Assembly (NCBI GenBank): GCA_047495785.1
Contig: JBLDXI010000016.1
Location: 372,001 to 436,000, forward strand
DNA: 64,000 nucleotides
Direction: 5' to 3'
From: Lepidodermella squamata
Lineage: Eukaryota; Animalia; Gastrotricha
The notes beneath the pieces were generated by a model. It saw only the letters and a program-made list of their open reading frames with translations, was not told the origin of the DNA and made no database searches. The position numbers and the translations under genes are program-made. Shown in pieces: positions 36,401 to 49,095 of the stretch (positions within the stretch are counted from its first letter, which is position 1; each line of letters starts with the position of its first letter).

Positions 36401-39400
36401 GCGGGCGCCTGTTATTTACTAGTTAACCATAAATGTACTTATGTTATACCGTAAAATATCGAATTGTCAAAGCTACTCGACCTATGTTTTTGAGGACAAT
36501 TCTATATTTGTATGGTATAACATGAGTAAAGAGTTCATTTCTGAACGGAGCCGACCGAGATTTACGAATCGAAACGAGCCGGAGGCGAGTTGAGATGAGT
36601 AAATCGAGTGCGGCGAGTTCAGATATAAACGATTTACGAATGTTATACCGTAAAATATCGAATTGGCCAAGCTACTCGACCTATATTTTTGAGGACAATT
36701 CTATATTTGATGTATGTCAAATAGCCGTCATGAGATAATCGAAAGTATTCCTTTCACATCAACGCGCGGGCTCATTTTAGGTTAATAATTTCGACTTAGG
36801 CGCTTTGCCGCGAAATTTTAGCTCTCAACAATCTCAACAACCGTAAATAGTTCTAAGTAGCTGAATGACTCTTAAGTAAGGTGATTTGGTCACGGACGTG
36901 GTAGTAAATGTCACCTGTTTTACAACCTCTTGACACACGTCGCGCACACGTCGCGCGCCCACTGCCGAGCCTCTCTCGCGCACGCGGTTGAGTGGCGTAG
37001 ATGTTGTGTAAACAATACGTTGAGGAAATAGCATGTTGAGGAAAGGCGGTTGAGGAAAGGCGGCACCACCGCAATAACTAACTTGACCCTTGAGCATGTC
37101 TTAAAACACAGCGTCAGAGAGCGATTATCAGAAAGCTTTTATCGACAAATGCGGAACGAGTACTACAATGTGCTGGTAGCTCAGTCCGAGCCGTCGGAGA
37201 AGAGAGTCAAGGCTGTTCGTCTCTTGTACCTGCAAGCAGGGTTGCAAAAGGCTACGACAAAGCGGTGCAAGTGCAATAGCGGGACATTTTGCACTGAGAA
37301 CTGCCACGGAGGAAAATAAAGTTTTCCTTCTTGGCTTTTTATTTCGTTCTTGGTTTAAAATCTAGATTTTCGAGGGAGCTTTTAAAAACGATCTAGATTT
37401 TTAAGCAATTTGCTCCACTTACGGCAATAATAATATACAATAATATACCCAATTTGCCCATCTTTTATTCGCTTGCTTAAAAAACTAAATTTTTGGGCAA
37501 AAATAATTTCGCTCCACTTTCAACTACATACCCATATCCATAATCCATATACGAACTACGTTTAATCATTTTCGCGACTGATAATCATGATTCTTGTAAT
37601 CTCGCAGGTACCGTATGAAGAATACAACCATGAAGAAAAATTATCTAATTTGAGTCCCGGGGAGGCGCAGGCTCGATTGAACAGTTCCTCGTTTAATGTA
37701 AACAAAGGCGACGGAGACCCGGTACTTAAGGTTGCTGATCCTCAGGCCTGGAATTTACCGATCGGCATTTCCTTTGCTAAAAATTTTCGTAAGTTGTTTG
37801 TTCATTGACGTAAGACAGTTTTTGACTCGCACCCTTTCAGCTGCTGAACTGAAAGTCGCTGTGATAGCGGGTTTGGATTTGTACAAGCGCCACACTTGCA
37901 TCGACTACGTAATTCATGAAACCGCGGAAACTGGCGATTTGTCTATCAACACAGGACTGTCAGTTTAAGCTCTATACCTTTCCCTCGCGATCGGGTTTAT
38001 TAAGGGCCCTCAAAACGATCTTGCTAATAAACCCATCTCAAAACGGTTTGCTAGAATTCTTTAGCTATAAGATCATTTTGAGCTGCAAATCAGCTGAAAA
38101 GCGATTTGTTTAATTTCAGCCAGCAGTGTTTTGTCCTAGAGCTGTGCCGGTCCTAATTTCAGAGCCTCCGGTCAGGTTCGTTTCGGTCCTCGTAAATTCA
38201 AGGACCGGACCGGGTTAACCGGAAAGGACCGCCGGTTAACCGCTTGCTTATTCATCGATTATCGATTATTGATTATCGGCGATCTTTTTATTTTTTTGTG
38301 AAGTGCTCTTTCTGAAGCCACACTAAAACGAATAAGTCATTGATTTGAAGTATTCTCAATCTCATATTGAGTATGCTTAATGTTTAACCGCTTGTCATGG
38401 CCAATTTGAAATCATAAGCTACAGCCCGGGTTAACCGGCAACCTTTTAGAAGGCGGCCCGGAACGACCAGGTCCTTCCGGTCCGAGGTTAACCGGGGGTT
38501 AACCCGGGCTTTTTCGGACCAGCACAGCTCCGCGCGCGCTATGTTGGCTCGATTGACGCGTAAATGCACCTCGTGCGCATAATTGCCTCACGCGCGCTGC
38601 AGAATCTGAAAAATTAAGTCCTACATCGTCAAGAATTGAGCTTCAAGTGTCGATAAGCGCCCAGTAATTACGATTTCTTCGAGTGTTTTATTCAGTTTTC
38701 AGAGAATTAGGTATCTGAATATTAATTACTCCGTTAGAAAAAATATTTTCCAAATTACAACACGAGAATAAGTTTTAGTAGGACCTCTTGTTGCTTAACA
38801 TTGTGGAATTATCCACACATCGCGCTGTGGAGTTCTTGCGTAAGCGTTGTCGTCAATTTCGTCAAAAAAATGAAATTTTAATTTTTTTGATACAGTGCTC
38901 CCTCGATAACTGCACGGGGTCGGGGTCCAGACCCGTGTTATCGAGGGAAACAGTTAACGAGGGATTTTCGTTTTTTCCTTGAAACAGATGGTGCCACGCG
39001 ACCGCTCAGAGTCCAAAAAAGTGTTGCAATTAAAGAGGGTATGTTGACAGCGGGGGTGCAGTTATCAAGGGAGCACTTGGCATGTCTCTACACACGTCAG
39101 TGTGAATGTGACGTGTGGCGTATGAAGCCTTTTGTTTTGGCCTCTTGATTCGCGTTTAAAAACTTACTTGCCACCCTAAATTCTACCTAAAGCCTAACGG
39201 AACAGAAAAATTCTTTGCTTTTCAGCAAAGCAGCATCAAAACCCCTAAATGCAGGAAGCGCTACTGGAACCGCAACCGTCAAGATTACCGTGAGTCTACT
39301 TTTCATTATTCGGATATCTGTAGTGATTTTCTTTGGGACCCGAACTCGAGCCCGAGCCCGGGAGGCATTAATTGATAATCTCGTGCTTTTCATTTTATTT

Positions 39401-41662
39401 TCCCTTTCATTGGCAAAGCCGCTTACTTCATGAGACGTGCCAGGATGCGGCGCCTCAATTGATTCAAAACCTGATCCGTACATAGTATGTACGCGAAAAA
39501 TTTCATTTTGAAACTATGTACGAGTCTACACTGTCACTGTCGATCAATGTTTTGATTGGGCTATGAAACATTGGCAAATAATGGCGGATTTTGAGTGAAT
39601 TCACTGTCTCTCTCGATATTTCTCTCAATTAGGCTATCCACCGGAGTTTGGCGTTTGCTCTTGGAGTGGTAAGCCGCCAACAACTGCCATCTATGTTACA
39701 TGCGTTGACCTTGCCCTATTTTAAAGCCATTCGAGCACACTCGTCGTGATAGAGACTCTTATCTTGACATTATTAATCCAAGGTATGAAAAAGCGCATGC
39801 CCTTTTCATGCCATTCGTTGACAATTATAACTAGAAAATGGAATAACTACTCGCAACCTGATGGCATCAGTGACTACGGGGTGCCATTCGACTACGCCTC
39901 GGCTACGATGGCACATCCACTTGAAGATGGAGGCGATTTCTACCCAAAGGACTGGCGATATGTCAGTGCCATGAACGCCGCATTTCCGTCGTTCAACAAC
40001 CTAAAATATCTAAACTTGATTTACGACTGCATGGGTGAGTTATAGAGCTCTGGTTTTGTTATGAATCGGAGAGATAGGAAATGTTTTCGTGGCAAGCTCC
40101 TGTTTCACTTTACCTATATAATACAATGGTTTTTAAGAAACTCCTATCTTATATAACATTATAGCAAAATGCAATGGTCAGTCTCTGGACTGTAAATATG
40201 GCGGCTATCAAGACCCTAATAATTGCAGCGTTTGCAAATGCCCGCCTGGCTTCGGTGGTCCAACTTGCGAGGCCTTGCCTCCATTCCCAGGTGAAACTTG
40301 CGGGGGTGTCATCAACCTGCAGCCTTGTGTCTCGCAAGTCATCGAATCACCCAACTATCCCAACGGTTACCCTGTTGAAAGCAAATGCTCTTGGCGAGTA
40401 ATCAGCAGCCAGGTTAGAAACGTCATGACTGGCATAGCTCAGGTCTTAAAAAATAACTGATTTTCAGCCTGGCATTGTGATGGGATTCGATGGCAGGCCT
40501 GATCTTACAGTTGGTTCTGGTAGGTTCCTACCATTTTTAGTGGCGACTATTTTTGTGTCAAATAGATGGATTAAAAACATTTAATATAACCGGCACGTTT
40601 TTATCTTCCTTCTGACACAATTCGTAACTTTCTCACATTCACCCATCAATGCATCTACTGTATCTCGCTTGATTCATTATTTCGCAGTGGCTAGCGGTTA
40701 TTCATCACATTACGATGACTCCTGTTACGACTACGTCGAATTTCGCGATCCTATCGACGGCACTAAGCCATACTTCCGATTTTGTTCATACGGCGTTACC
40801 TCGGGCAGAATCTACGAGACCGCTGGCAATACAGCAGTGGTGCATTTCAATGCCAACTCAAACACGACTGCCAATGGATTCCGACTCGTCGTTCGATCCT
40901 GCTCGACCGACAACAAGGTGGAGCTGAGACTGACGACAACTGGCTACGACTACGAAGGCCAAGTTTCGAAAACCAAATCTAACATCACGTGCAAGTCGTG
41001 GCCGGTAGCAGCTGACATTTTAACGAATTGGTATCAGAACTTGCAGTTTCCTCGTGCGCTGGTGAATGAATCGCAGAATTACTGCCGGAATCCCGAATCT
41101 CGCTCGACTGGTGCTTACTGCTTCATCGACGACGCTCGCAACCAGACAGAGTCTTGTGACATTCCGCCAGTTGTGGCCAACGGTGAGATATGTCTTATTG
41201 CTTAATTCTCGATAGCTGAAAAAAACTGATTGATGACTTTGCTCAGGAACCAGCTCGAATCCAGTATCTGATAAGATCCGTTTCCGATGTGGATCCAAAG
41301 CCACCAAGAGATTCACAGCATGCCGTCGCCAGTGCAACAACGCCACTGAATTCACATTCCTCAGCCATGGCACTGTTTACGAAGACAAATGTTCAACAGC
41401 GGTTAGGTTTTGCTACTCTCAAAAAACGTGGTTGCTATTAACAGTATTTTGCGTTTCAGACTACTAGAAAGTGCTACTCGGCTAGCAAAGGCCTCCGATG
41501 TGATGGCAAGTGCAATGATGACGAGTTGGAAGTAAGCCAATTGCCGATTGTCATGAATCTTATTGAAGACTTCTATGCCTTCTGAATTATCAGGTCAACC
41601 GGTACAACAAATACATCCCGTTCGGCAGAAACATCGACTTATGCTTGGGATTGATCCAGTGA
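33425..41662 (+). CDS. Astacin-like gene 3 (multi-exon, inactive astacin-EGF-CUB-kringle-Cys-rich); first exon and 3' end less certain
   Basis: Signal exon MLFSHCYLILSFAFLIYGTATS|gtaagt. Exons from 37608: AWNLPI..HTCIDY..AIHRSLAFALGV|PFEHTRRDRDSY..FDYASATM..LNLIYDC; EGF, CUB, kringle NYCRNP..GAYC..ESC. Confidence 0.78.
34441..34686. mobile_element. hAT-type MITE
   Basis: cagtgtgcga / tcgcaccctg ends; 8-bp TSD TTGAACAT. Confidence 0.85.
35293..36422 (+). mobile_element. Non-autonomous Helitron
   Basis: 5' A|TCTATATTACTAAA; 3' hairpin GGCGCCCGC-TAA-GCGGGCGCC (36389-36409) 9 nt before CTAG|T; no TSD. Confidence 0.75.
36441..36709. repeat. Short hairpin element (36511-36652) inside a ~70-bp direct repeat; a half copy lies in reverse orientation at 26110-26197
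   Basis: atgttataccgtaaaatatcgaatt...ctatatttg at 36441 and 36640; tatggtataacatgagtaaa / tttacgaatgttataccgta imperfect IR. Confidence 0.75.
38137..38532. mobile_element. hAT-like MITE remnant with GGTTAACC repeats
   Basis: gagctgtgccggtcc / ggaccagcacagctc; TSD not resolved. Confidence 0.6.
38893..39079. mobile_element. pogo/Tc1-like MITE
   Basis: TA|cagtgctccctcgataactgcac / gtgcagttatcaagggagcact. Confidence 0.75.
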
Positions 41663-42491
41663 GCCGGAAATGCCGATTTCACCAGTTCTAGAATTGCTAA
41701 CTTCATCGCCCTATTAACTATTTCCAGAGTTGTGATTTAGGCTTATTTTCGCCGCGTATAACAGGGTCGAGCTTTGAACTCTATTAGCTATATATATATA
41801 TACCACAAATAGCATATGAAAACCTTTTTTCCTTGAATAAAACAACTTTATTTCGCGAGATTTGTTTTTATCGCCACTGACCAAGCAAGTTATCGCTGTG
41901 TTCGAATCAGTTGATGTCATGGCGTTAGTTGCCGTATTATTTTCAGTCTAATGGCGGTTAGCGGTTACGCTCATGAGGTTGCGCTCACGAGAATAGACCA
42001 TCAATCTGTAGCTCAAAAATTGTACCCATTCCCAACCTAATTTCATTCATTTTATAGCAAGGTGTCCTACGAGCCATTCTCATAGAGAACCGCTCATGTA
42101 TGATTATTAGCAGCAGCAGCAGTGTGTTTTATTTCGAAATAGCAATATATATTAGCACCGGCCACGGGTGGGCTCAGGGCGCATCCAAGAGGACAACAAT
42201 TAGGATGAAATCATCACTTGTTTTTTGGTCAATACAGTAAGAGAGTAAGACGTACACAAATTATTTCCTTATTTAGCTTTTTTTTAACATAGTAACGGAA
42301 AAGAGTGTTGTTTTTGTTGGGGCCCGACTCCGAATTCTACCCGTAGGCGTTCGGTCCGGCCCGTACGCAGACGGGTAAGATTGATTTGCCGCTTCGCGCT
42401 CGGGCCGCTTGAAAACATGCCCGTATGCGACGTTTACTGTAAATTATCAAATTCGAAAGAATCACGCTTCACCGCACACGGGCCGGCCAAG

Positions 42492-42735
42492 GTGTCGGCC
42501 CGAGCACGGCGGAGAACAATAGGAACCAGCGCTATTGTTGGGCACCGCGCTCGGGCCGTCGGGCTCGGGCCTCTGGAATCGGACCGCCGGGCCTGGGTCG
42601 CCGAGCTCGGGTCATCCTACAACCAACGCCCAACCCGATAACTGTATCAAGTCCCGGCCCAAGCCCGGCGGCCCGAAAGCGGCGCCTAACAATAGCGCTG
42701 GTTCCTATTGTTCTCCGCCGTGCTCGGGCCGACAC
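42492..42735. mobile_element. GC-rich foldback MITE
   Basis: ~50-bp perfect IR gtgtcggcccgagcacggcggagaacaataggaaccagcgctattgtt; internal CTCGGGCC repeats. Confidence 0.8.
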
Positions 42736-43080
42736 TGGTGTTTATGAACACTCGGCGCGACTGTCGCATGAAACGCTGATGCGACGGTACGACACGCGAA
42801 AACGTCGGATAGTCTGTGAACAACGACGCGATTTTCGCACCCGACAGTGCGACGGTCGTATGCGAAATATTCGTATCCGAAAATTCGCACATTAGTGAAT
42901 CCACCTTAAGAGTTGGCCTCGCAGTTGGACGAGAATTTCTAAGACTTCCAATGCTTGTGAAACAACTTCTGCTACCTTCCTGGTATTTTAATTAATTACT
43001 CTATACATATATATATATATGACTCTCAACGGCTGGCTCATTTGTTGAATCTTAACCTTGTAAACAGTCACTCGTCTCAT

Positions 43081-43190
43081 CTAAGGCTACTCCTGCTACG
43101 GTCTGGAGATGTATGTTGATTTTGATAATATCTACTAGTATTGATGTAGCACTAAATGACTATCCTCAGGTTGAGCGCAATCCAGGGCCA
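43081..43190 (+). other. 2A/StopGo-like peptide LRLLLLRSGD|VERNPGP split by a 59-nt intron (43111-43169)
   Basis: cta agg cta ctc ctg cta cgg tct gga gat|GTATGT...CCTCAG|gtt gag cgc aat cca ggg cca. Confidence 0.8.
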
Positions 43191-43849
43191 GTGAACGGCG
43201 GCAATCCCCTGCCCGGAAAAATTTGTTTTCAGTCTGTGAAGACAGGGAAGACGTTTGGCGTTGTCCCAGTGGCTTTTCAACCAGGAGCTTCAAGTGTTGC
43301 TACTAGACCTTGGCTAGCAGTTACCTAACAACCTACAGCCTCCGCGCCGGTTGTTCCTAAGGTTAAAAGAGGTAAACCTTGATTTTCGTTACGCATTTGC
43401 CAAAAACATCTACATTGTTAAGTTATTATTAGAAATTGGCGTTGTGCGAATTATGGATGTCGATCCGCCTGTGATCAAATCTGTCATTATCACGCCTGCC
43501 GGAGCAGTGGTCAAGACATCGTCGCAGCAAGTAACCGCTGTCGTCGAGGGAAACCAGCCACCTGCAAAAGATCAGCATCTGCTACCTATTGCTAAATGTT
43601 ACGCTTATCGCAGGATCGTTCGAAAGATGATGAATTTGCGTAAAAATGCGCCTTCCAGTCACAACTACGTTCGAATGTCTGCCGCAAATCGCGTTGCTCC
43701 AACCGAAGTCGGCCGACGTGTTTGTGTTCGATGCGAGGCTTCTAAAAAGATGGTCGCCGACCTATGCCGCCAGGTTCAAGACATGCGTAGTGAAGAGTGC
43801 TTTTATCCGCCGAGTTTGCATCAAATGTAATGCTGCCAAGCAGATAATA

Positions 43850-46635
43850 GGATGGATGGATGGATGGATTTATAAGCCCAATCGCCAGTTGCCCGACGAT
43901 ATGCTTGGGTATCGGTTTGAGAGTTTAGCACCCGAGTCACCGCTGTAGCGATGTTTTACACGGGTCAAGTGGCACAAAGGAGTAGAAAAATAAAAATAAA
44001 TTAGAAAAATAGATTACGGATCTAATAAAATAATATCTTCGAGTTGCTCTTTCGCGAATTCGACGACGTAGGCAGCTTGACGTGTGCTTTTTGACGAGTT
44101 CATTTGCCGGATGAAGTCGGTTGCGCTGTTCCACGCTGCCGTGCCACGATGGAGAACGGTTCGTTGACTAGTGGTGTTGCTGTGGTCAACAGGAAGACAT
44201 CCTTGGGCTTTTTGACGTGTCTCCCTCGCGGCTTCTCTCTTTGTGAAATCAGCGATGAGTAGATCGGGTGCTTCACCATGGAGAATCTGCCAGACCAGTT
44301 TGATGGTGTGAACTTTTCTTCTTCCCGCTAGCGAGATCCAGCGAAGGTCGCGGATGAGGGGTCAACAGAAAAAGTGTCCAGCTTCATCATGAGTGCTCTG
44401 ATTCCGGCGCGCTGGTGCTTTGTCGAGCTTCTTCAAGGCTTTCACGGAACCAGCTTCGAGGAGGATGTCGCAGTAGCCGACGCGAGATTCGATGAGTCCG
44501 TTGTAGATGGCCTTCCGAGCATCCAGGGGAACGCCATTTCGACCAGCTAGGCGGAGAGCATAGGCGCCACTGCGGCATTTTTGCTGCAATGTTTTCGACA
44601 TGGTGTTCGAAAGAGATGCGGTAGTCGATTTCAAGTCCTAGGAGAGTCATTGTAGGTTGTGGAGCGACGAGAATGCCGTTGACGTTCACTTCAGGCAGTT
44701 CGTCGTCAATTTTAAGCAGTTTCGGTGCCAAAAACATTATTTGAGTCTTCTTTTCGTTCAGCCTCAGGCTATTTTACCGGAGCCAAGTTGCTACTGAGGT
44801 TAGTTGTAATTCGAGTTTCGCTTTAACTGAGGAAATTGAGTCACCAGAGGCATAGATAGTGGTATCATCAGCGTATAGGAATATTCCGCAGTCAGGGTCG
44901 GTTACCAGACTTGGTAATTCGTTTACGTAAATGGTGAACAGGAGAGGCCCCAGAACACTCCCTTGAGGGACGCCGTACTTGATGGGTAAAGGTTCAGATG
45001 AAGCATTGCCAAGTCGGACGACTTGTTTCCTGTTATCAAGGTAGTCGCGAAACAACTCGATGGAATTACGATCGAAGCACAATGACTCAAGGGATGCGAG
45101 AACACTCTCGGGGTCTAAATAATGAAATGCTTTTGAGAGGTCCAGGCTGGCGACCACCACGTATTTGTCTTGAGATGCAGCGGTGATCCACCTGTCGAGC
45201 TGAGCTTCGATGCAGCTGACGGTGTTATGGAATTTGCGGAAACCAAATTGCCTTTGCGAGAGAAGCTTGTGAGTGTTCAGGTGGTTTTTCACTTGGGCAC
45301 TGACGCAGCGCTCGAAGAGTTTTAGAGCTGAGGGCAGGATGGAGATGGGGCGGAAATTCGACGGTTCGCCCTTGTCACCGTTTTTGTGGATCGGTGTGAC
45401 GAAGCTCGTTTTCCATACGTCGGGAATCTGTTTTTCCTCGATGATCTTGTTGAAGAGTTTGACGTAGGCTTTCCTGATGTCGTCGTCTTCAAGAGCGTCA
45501 CGTATGCCATCGGCGCCAGTGGTCTTCTTAGTTGAGAGTTTCTTGGCGTTCAAAATGATGTCTTGTTCTGCGATGGCGCGCAGTGAGAATAGCTTGGCAT
45601 CTTGCCGTGATCTGATGAAATTAGGCAGCGGAAGAGATCGTGCTACTAGTTCACCGACCGACACGAAGTGTATTGGTTCAGCTTTTTGCAGGTGTCGATG
45701 GCGGTTTCCGGATCGATGGCATCGTGTTGTTTTTTTGGCGGAAGAAAATCTCTCAGAACAACCCAGATTTCTCGAGGATCACCTTTCGCGTCTTTGAATC
45801 GTCTCGCGTAGTATTCACGACTCCACTGTCTCGTCAGCCTGCGAACTTCTGATTTGGCTTTTTTAAAGCGAGCGATCGCGGTGGCAGTAGAGTTCTCAGC
45901 GTTTGCGCGCTCGGATGCTGCTTTTTCCCGTATTCCTTTGAGCAAGGTCGAGCCAGCTTCGCTGGATGGATCGAGGTTCAGTCGGTTTCCTTTCTTCCCG
46001 TTAGCTCCAGGTTTTATGGTGATCTCCTTCTTTGGAGCGATAATGTCAAGAGTCTCGGTTAGGCTTTCAACCAGATGGCGTTCCAGTTCATAAGCAGTGG
46101 CATCTTCGCGTATAACTTTTTTGAGCAGTTTCTGGCTTGCCATCGCTGTGCAGACAGTAGATGTGTAGCCCTTGAAAATTCGAACGGTTGTTTTGAATGA
46201 TTTAGATAGCTCCACTATGGTGTTGACTACTGAGGCAGTTCCGAAGTGATCCGATAGACCAGGTACGGTGGCTGACGCTAATGTGATATCAGTTGACACA
46301 AATGTGGTCTAGGCAGGTTCGGGATGCTGGTCTGGTGATCGTGTAATCTTCGGTGATGTGGAAGCCGAGTGAGGAAGTTATGCTACTGAGTGAGTTGGAG
46401 AGCTTAGGTTCAAGGGTGTTGATGTTGGAATCTCCGTGTATGACGATTTGATAGCCGGTTTTATTTTCAAGATTGATTTTTACCAATAGAGAGGCGATTT
46501 CATCCTTCCAATTAGGATGATCAGGAGGCCTGTAGATTGAATATACTCTAACTATTCCTTTTTCGTTTTAATGTCAGCGAAGATGTTTTCGATAGAATGT
46601 TCGATAAAGCCGAAGCGGACGACGGACGACGCGGA
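43850..46635 (-). mobile_element. 5'-truncated CR1/L2-group LINE (APE endonuclease C-half + RT), frameshifted
   Basis: IYRPP, HGDSN, CLDHI, SDH; NFRPISIL, QFGFR, LDLSKAF, GVPQGSVLGPLLF, YADDT; 3' stem-loop then ATAAA(TCCA)n tail ending at ~43850. Confidence 0.92.
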
Positions 46636-49095
46636 TCGATTTTTTCACGAGTTTTTGACCTTTCTAGAGGAGCAAATTAAAGATTCCATTGATCCGGGCT
46701 CATATCGATTTGGTCTCATTTCTCTGGACGCAACGGCTATTTCATCAGGTCTCGAAATCATCGATGAAGGCAACACGATAGTTGGAATGAGCCTAGATGA
46801 ACCTGGAACGCCTGCATCTCAGTGTATTTCGATTGTTCTTAAATTTGTTGAAAACGTAACAGTCCTAAACATTGCTAACTATCCTATGGTCAACATGCCC
46901 GTGAATATGATATCGCTGTTTTTGAAGAAACCATCGAGCGACTTTATCGATAATCCACTCCAATCACTGTGATTGCCGCAACATGGGACGGGGCAGGTGA
47001 AAATTGGTCGTTGTTCAACGGACTTCGGGAAAAATTCGGCCTGGGAGGTTATCCCCATCCGTTTGCTGATGGTGTCGTCGTCCACCTTTTTTTCGACCCG
47101 CCGCACGTTTTGAAAATTTGCAGAAACGCCATAGTGCATAAAATGGTGAGTACTTCATTTTCTTATCATTTTCATCAGTTACATGAAGTACAGAATGGTC
47201 CAAATTGGTCCCGAATTATTAGAAAGCGAAATTGATTAGAGATAAGCGCGTGGTATTTATGAGCGGGGGCCAACATTCAGACAATCACTCAACATTTTTT
47301 GTAAAATAAAGGTCAGCTGGTAAAATTCCAGGTAAAATCTCGTGGCTTCATATTTCTATCCCACGGTTACCTGTATTTTTTTCTGGAATTTATGAGATTT
47401 TCTAGGAATTATGCAAAACAAGCCTAAATCCGATCAATTTTTTCCAGTGATCTTAATTTTACAGCTGTCGATAGATTTCGCGAAGATTGATTTCAGCGGA
47501 TTTTCTGCAGTTATGGAAATGAAGCTGCTTGATCTGTTTCCGAAGACCGGCATCGGCCGGGTTAACTTTCGATACATCGTTGAAATTTACGAGCGAGATA
47601 AAAATCGTCTCCTTCAACGCAGCACACGATTGAACAGCCATATGGTATACACAGTGCAACAAAAAAATGCCGCGCAGAAAATGAATGTAGCCTATGCTGC
47701 TCGAACTCTATCACGCTCGGTGGCGATTGAGATTTTATACTCGCACCCGGGCGATATCGAAGTACTATCGCTGCTACTGCATTTTTCTGCCTGCTACTCG
47801 ATGCATGGTTTGACTGCATGAATGGCGAGAGTAATATTGAGGGTAACATGGCAGTTGAAAAATACATCTATAAGCCGAACCTTGCTCCTTATGAAAGTCC
47901 CCTCGATAAGCGGCTGATCTGGCTCATCGATGTGTTGGTCCCCTTCATTGAACAGGTTCATATGGATAATAAGGTGGACAAATCAACCTTGTCATGGCAG
48001 GTCATCGTGCTTTGGTCGAAACCTCTACGAATATGGGGAAGCTGACCAACTTCGCCTTGCTAAGAGGCGTTCGACAATTTTTCCCTGCGCGTGCCAACCA
48101 GGACCACAACGAAATGGTTTTCAATCAGCTTCGAAGGGACGGCAATTCCTCCAAATCGAACCCGACGTTTCGTGCGATACAAGGCAGGGCGAGTAAGCTC
48201 AGGATTTGCTGTGGCCACTGGAGCGTATCGCATGGCGCAAACGTTCAAATTCGCAGTGCCATCACCACCATATCAATCGCGACTGCTCGTAAATTGAAAA
48301 AGATTTCTAGGCAGAGGGCGAAATTAAACGGCCTTCATCGAATCTATTTGCCAGATCATCTTGAATTCGACCATAATACAGTGGCCTGGGTCGCCGGCTT
48401 TATCACGCGCAAACTAGAGTTTGAAGCCCGCAAATGCGTATTTCAGCGAATACGTTGATCTCAGATCTAGGGGCGGGGCTTGCCAACCGAATGCCGATGT
48501 GCTCGCTATTGTCAAATTAGCCTTGTCCAAAGCTTATCGAAACGACCTCATAACCGAAAAAGATTTGCAACCGCTGTCTAAAAAGCTGGGTGATAATCTG
48601 ACCCGGCTACAGGACAAAACATGTGGCGTGTTGCTGAAAGTAAAATTCATGTTGGCGCGTCGAACGGTTCGTTTTTACCGGGATAAATTTGGCGCTTCAA
48701 CCTTGGCTCTTAGAGCCAGCTTGAAAAGATTTAAAAAAGACTGAATTTCGTGTGTTTGTGTCAAATAATATCTCAAGCAATTATTTAAAATCGAGAAACT
48801 TGGGGGTCGAAATTTTTTTTTTGAGAGAACATGTGCTATTGCTCCGTTTCAGCCCAATAAATTATTTTCGTTTTTGAACAATGTCTTTTCGAAGAGTGAA
48901 AAATGATTCATCGTGGTTTTTTGAATGGCGCGATTTGCTGAGAATCACTAGCAATGGTTTACCAAACGTTGGTATGGCAAATATTTAATGAGATGATTCA
49001 TCACATTAAATTTGAAAATATGAACTTTGCCCCTTATTAGCCTGACTTCAGTTTTTCGCGTCCGAAAACCTCTTAGTGCGGCGTCCTATCTACGT

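Larger units (their letters stand above)
42951..48744 (+). pseudogene. Decayed P-element/THAP9-like transposase gene, interrupted by a LINE; putative 5' exons carry a 2A-like motif
   Basis: From ~46640: LISLDATAI, ATWDGAGEN, FFDPPHVLKICRN, QKMNVAYAARTLS, NQDHNEMVFNQLR (P transposase motifs) with frameshifts. Linking the 42951-43850 exons to this gene is inferred from strand and position. Confidence 0.75.

Noticed and set aside
41960-42180. Candidate left terminus of the P-like element (CATAGAGAA at 42081)
   Set aside because: No matching inverted end or 8-bp TSD found beyond 48744
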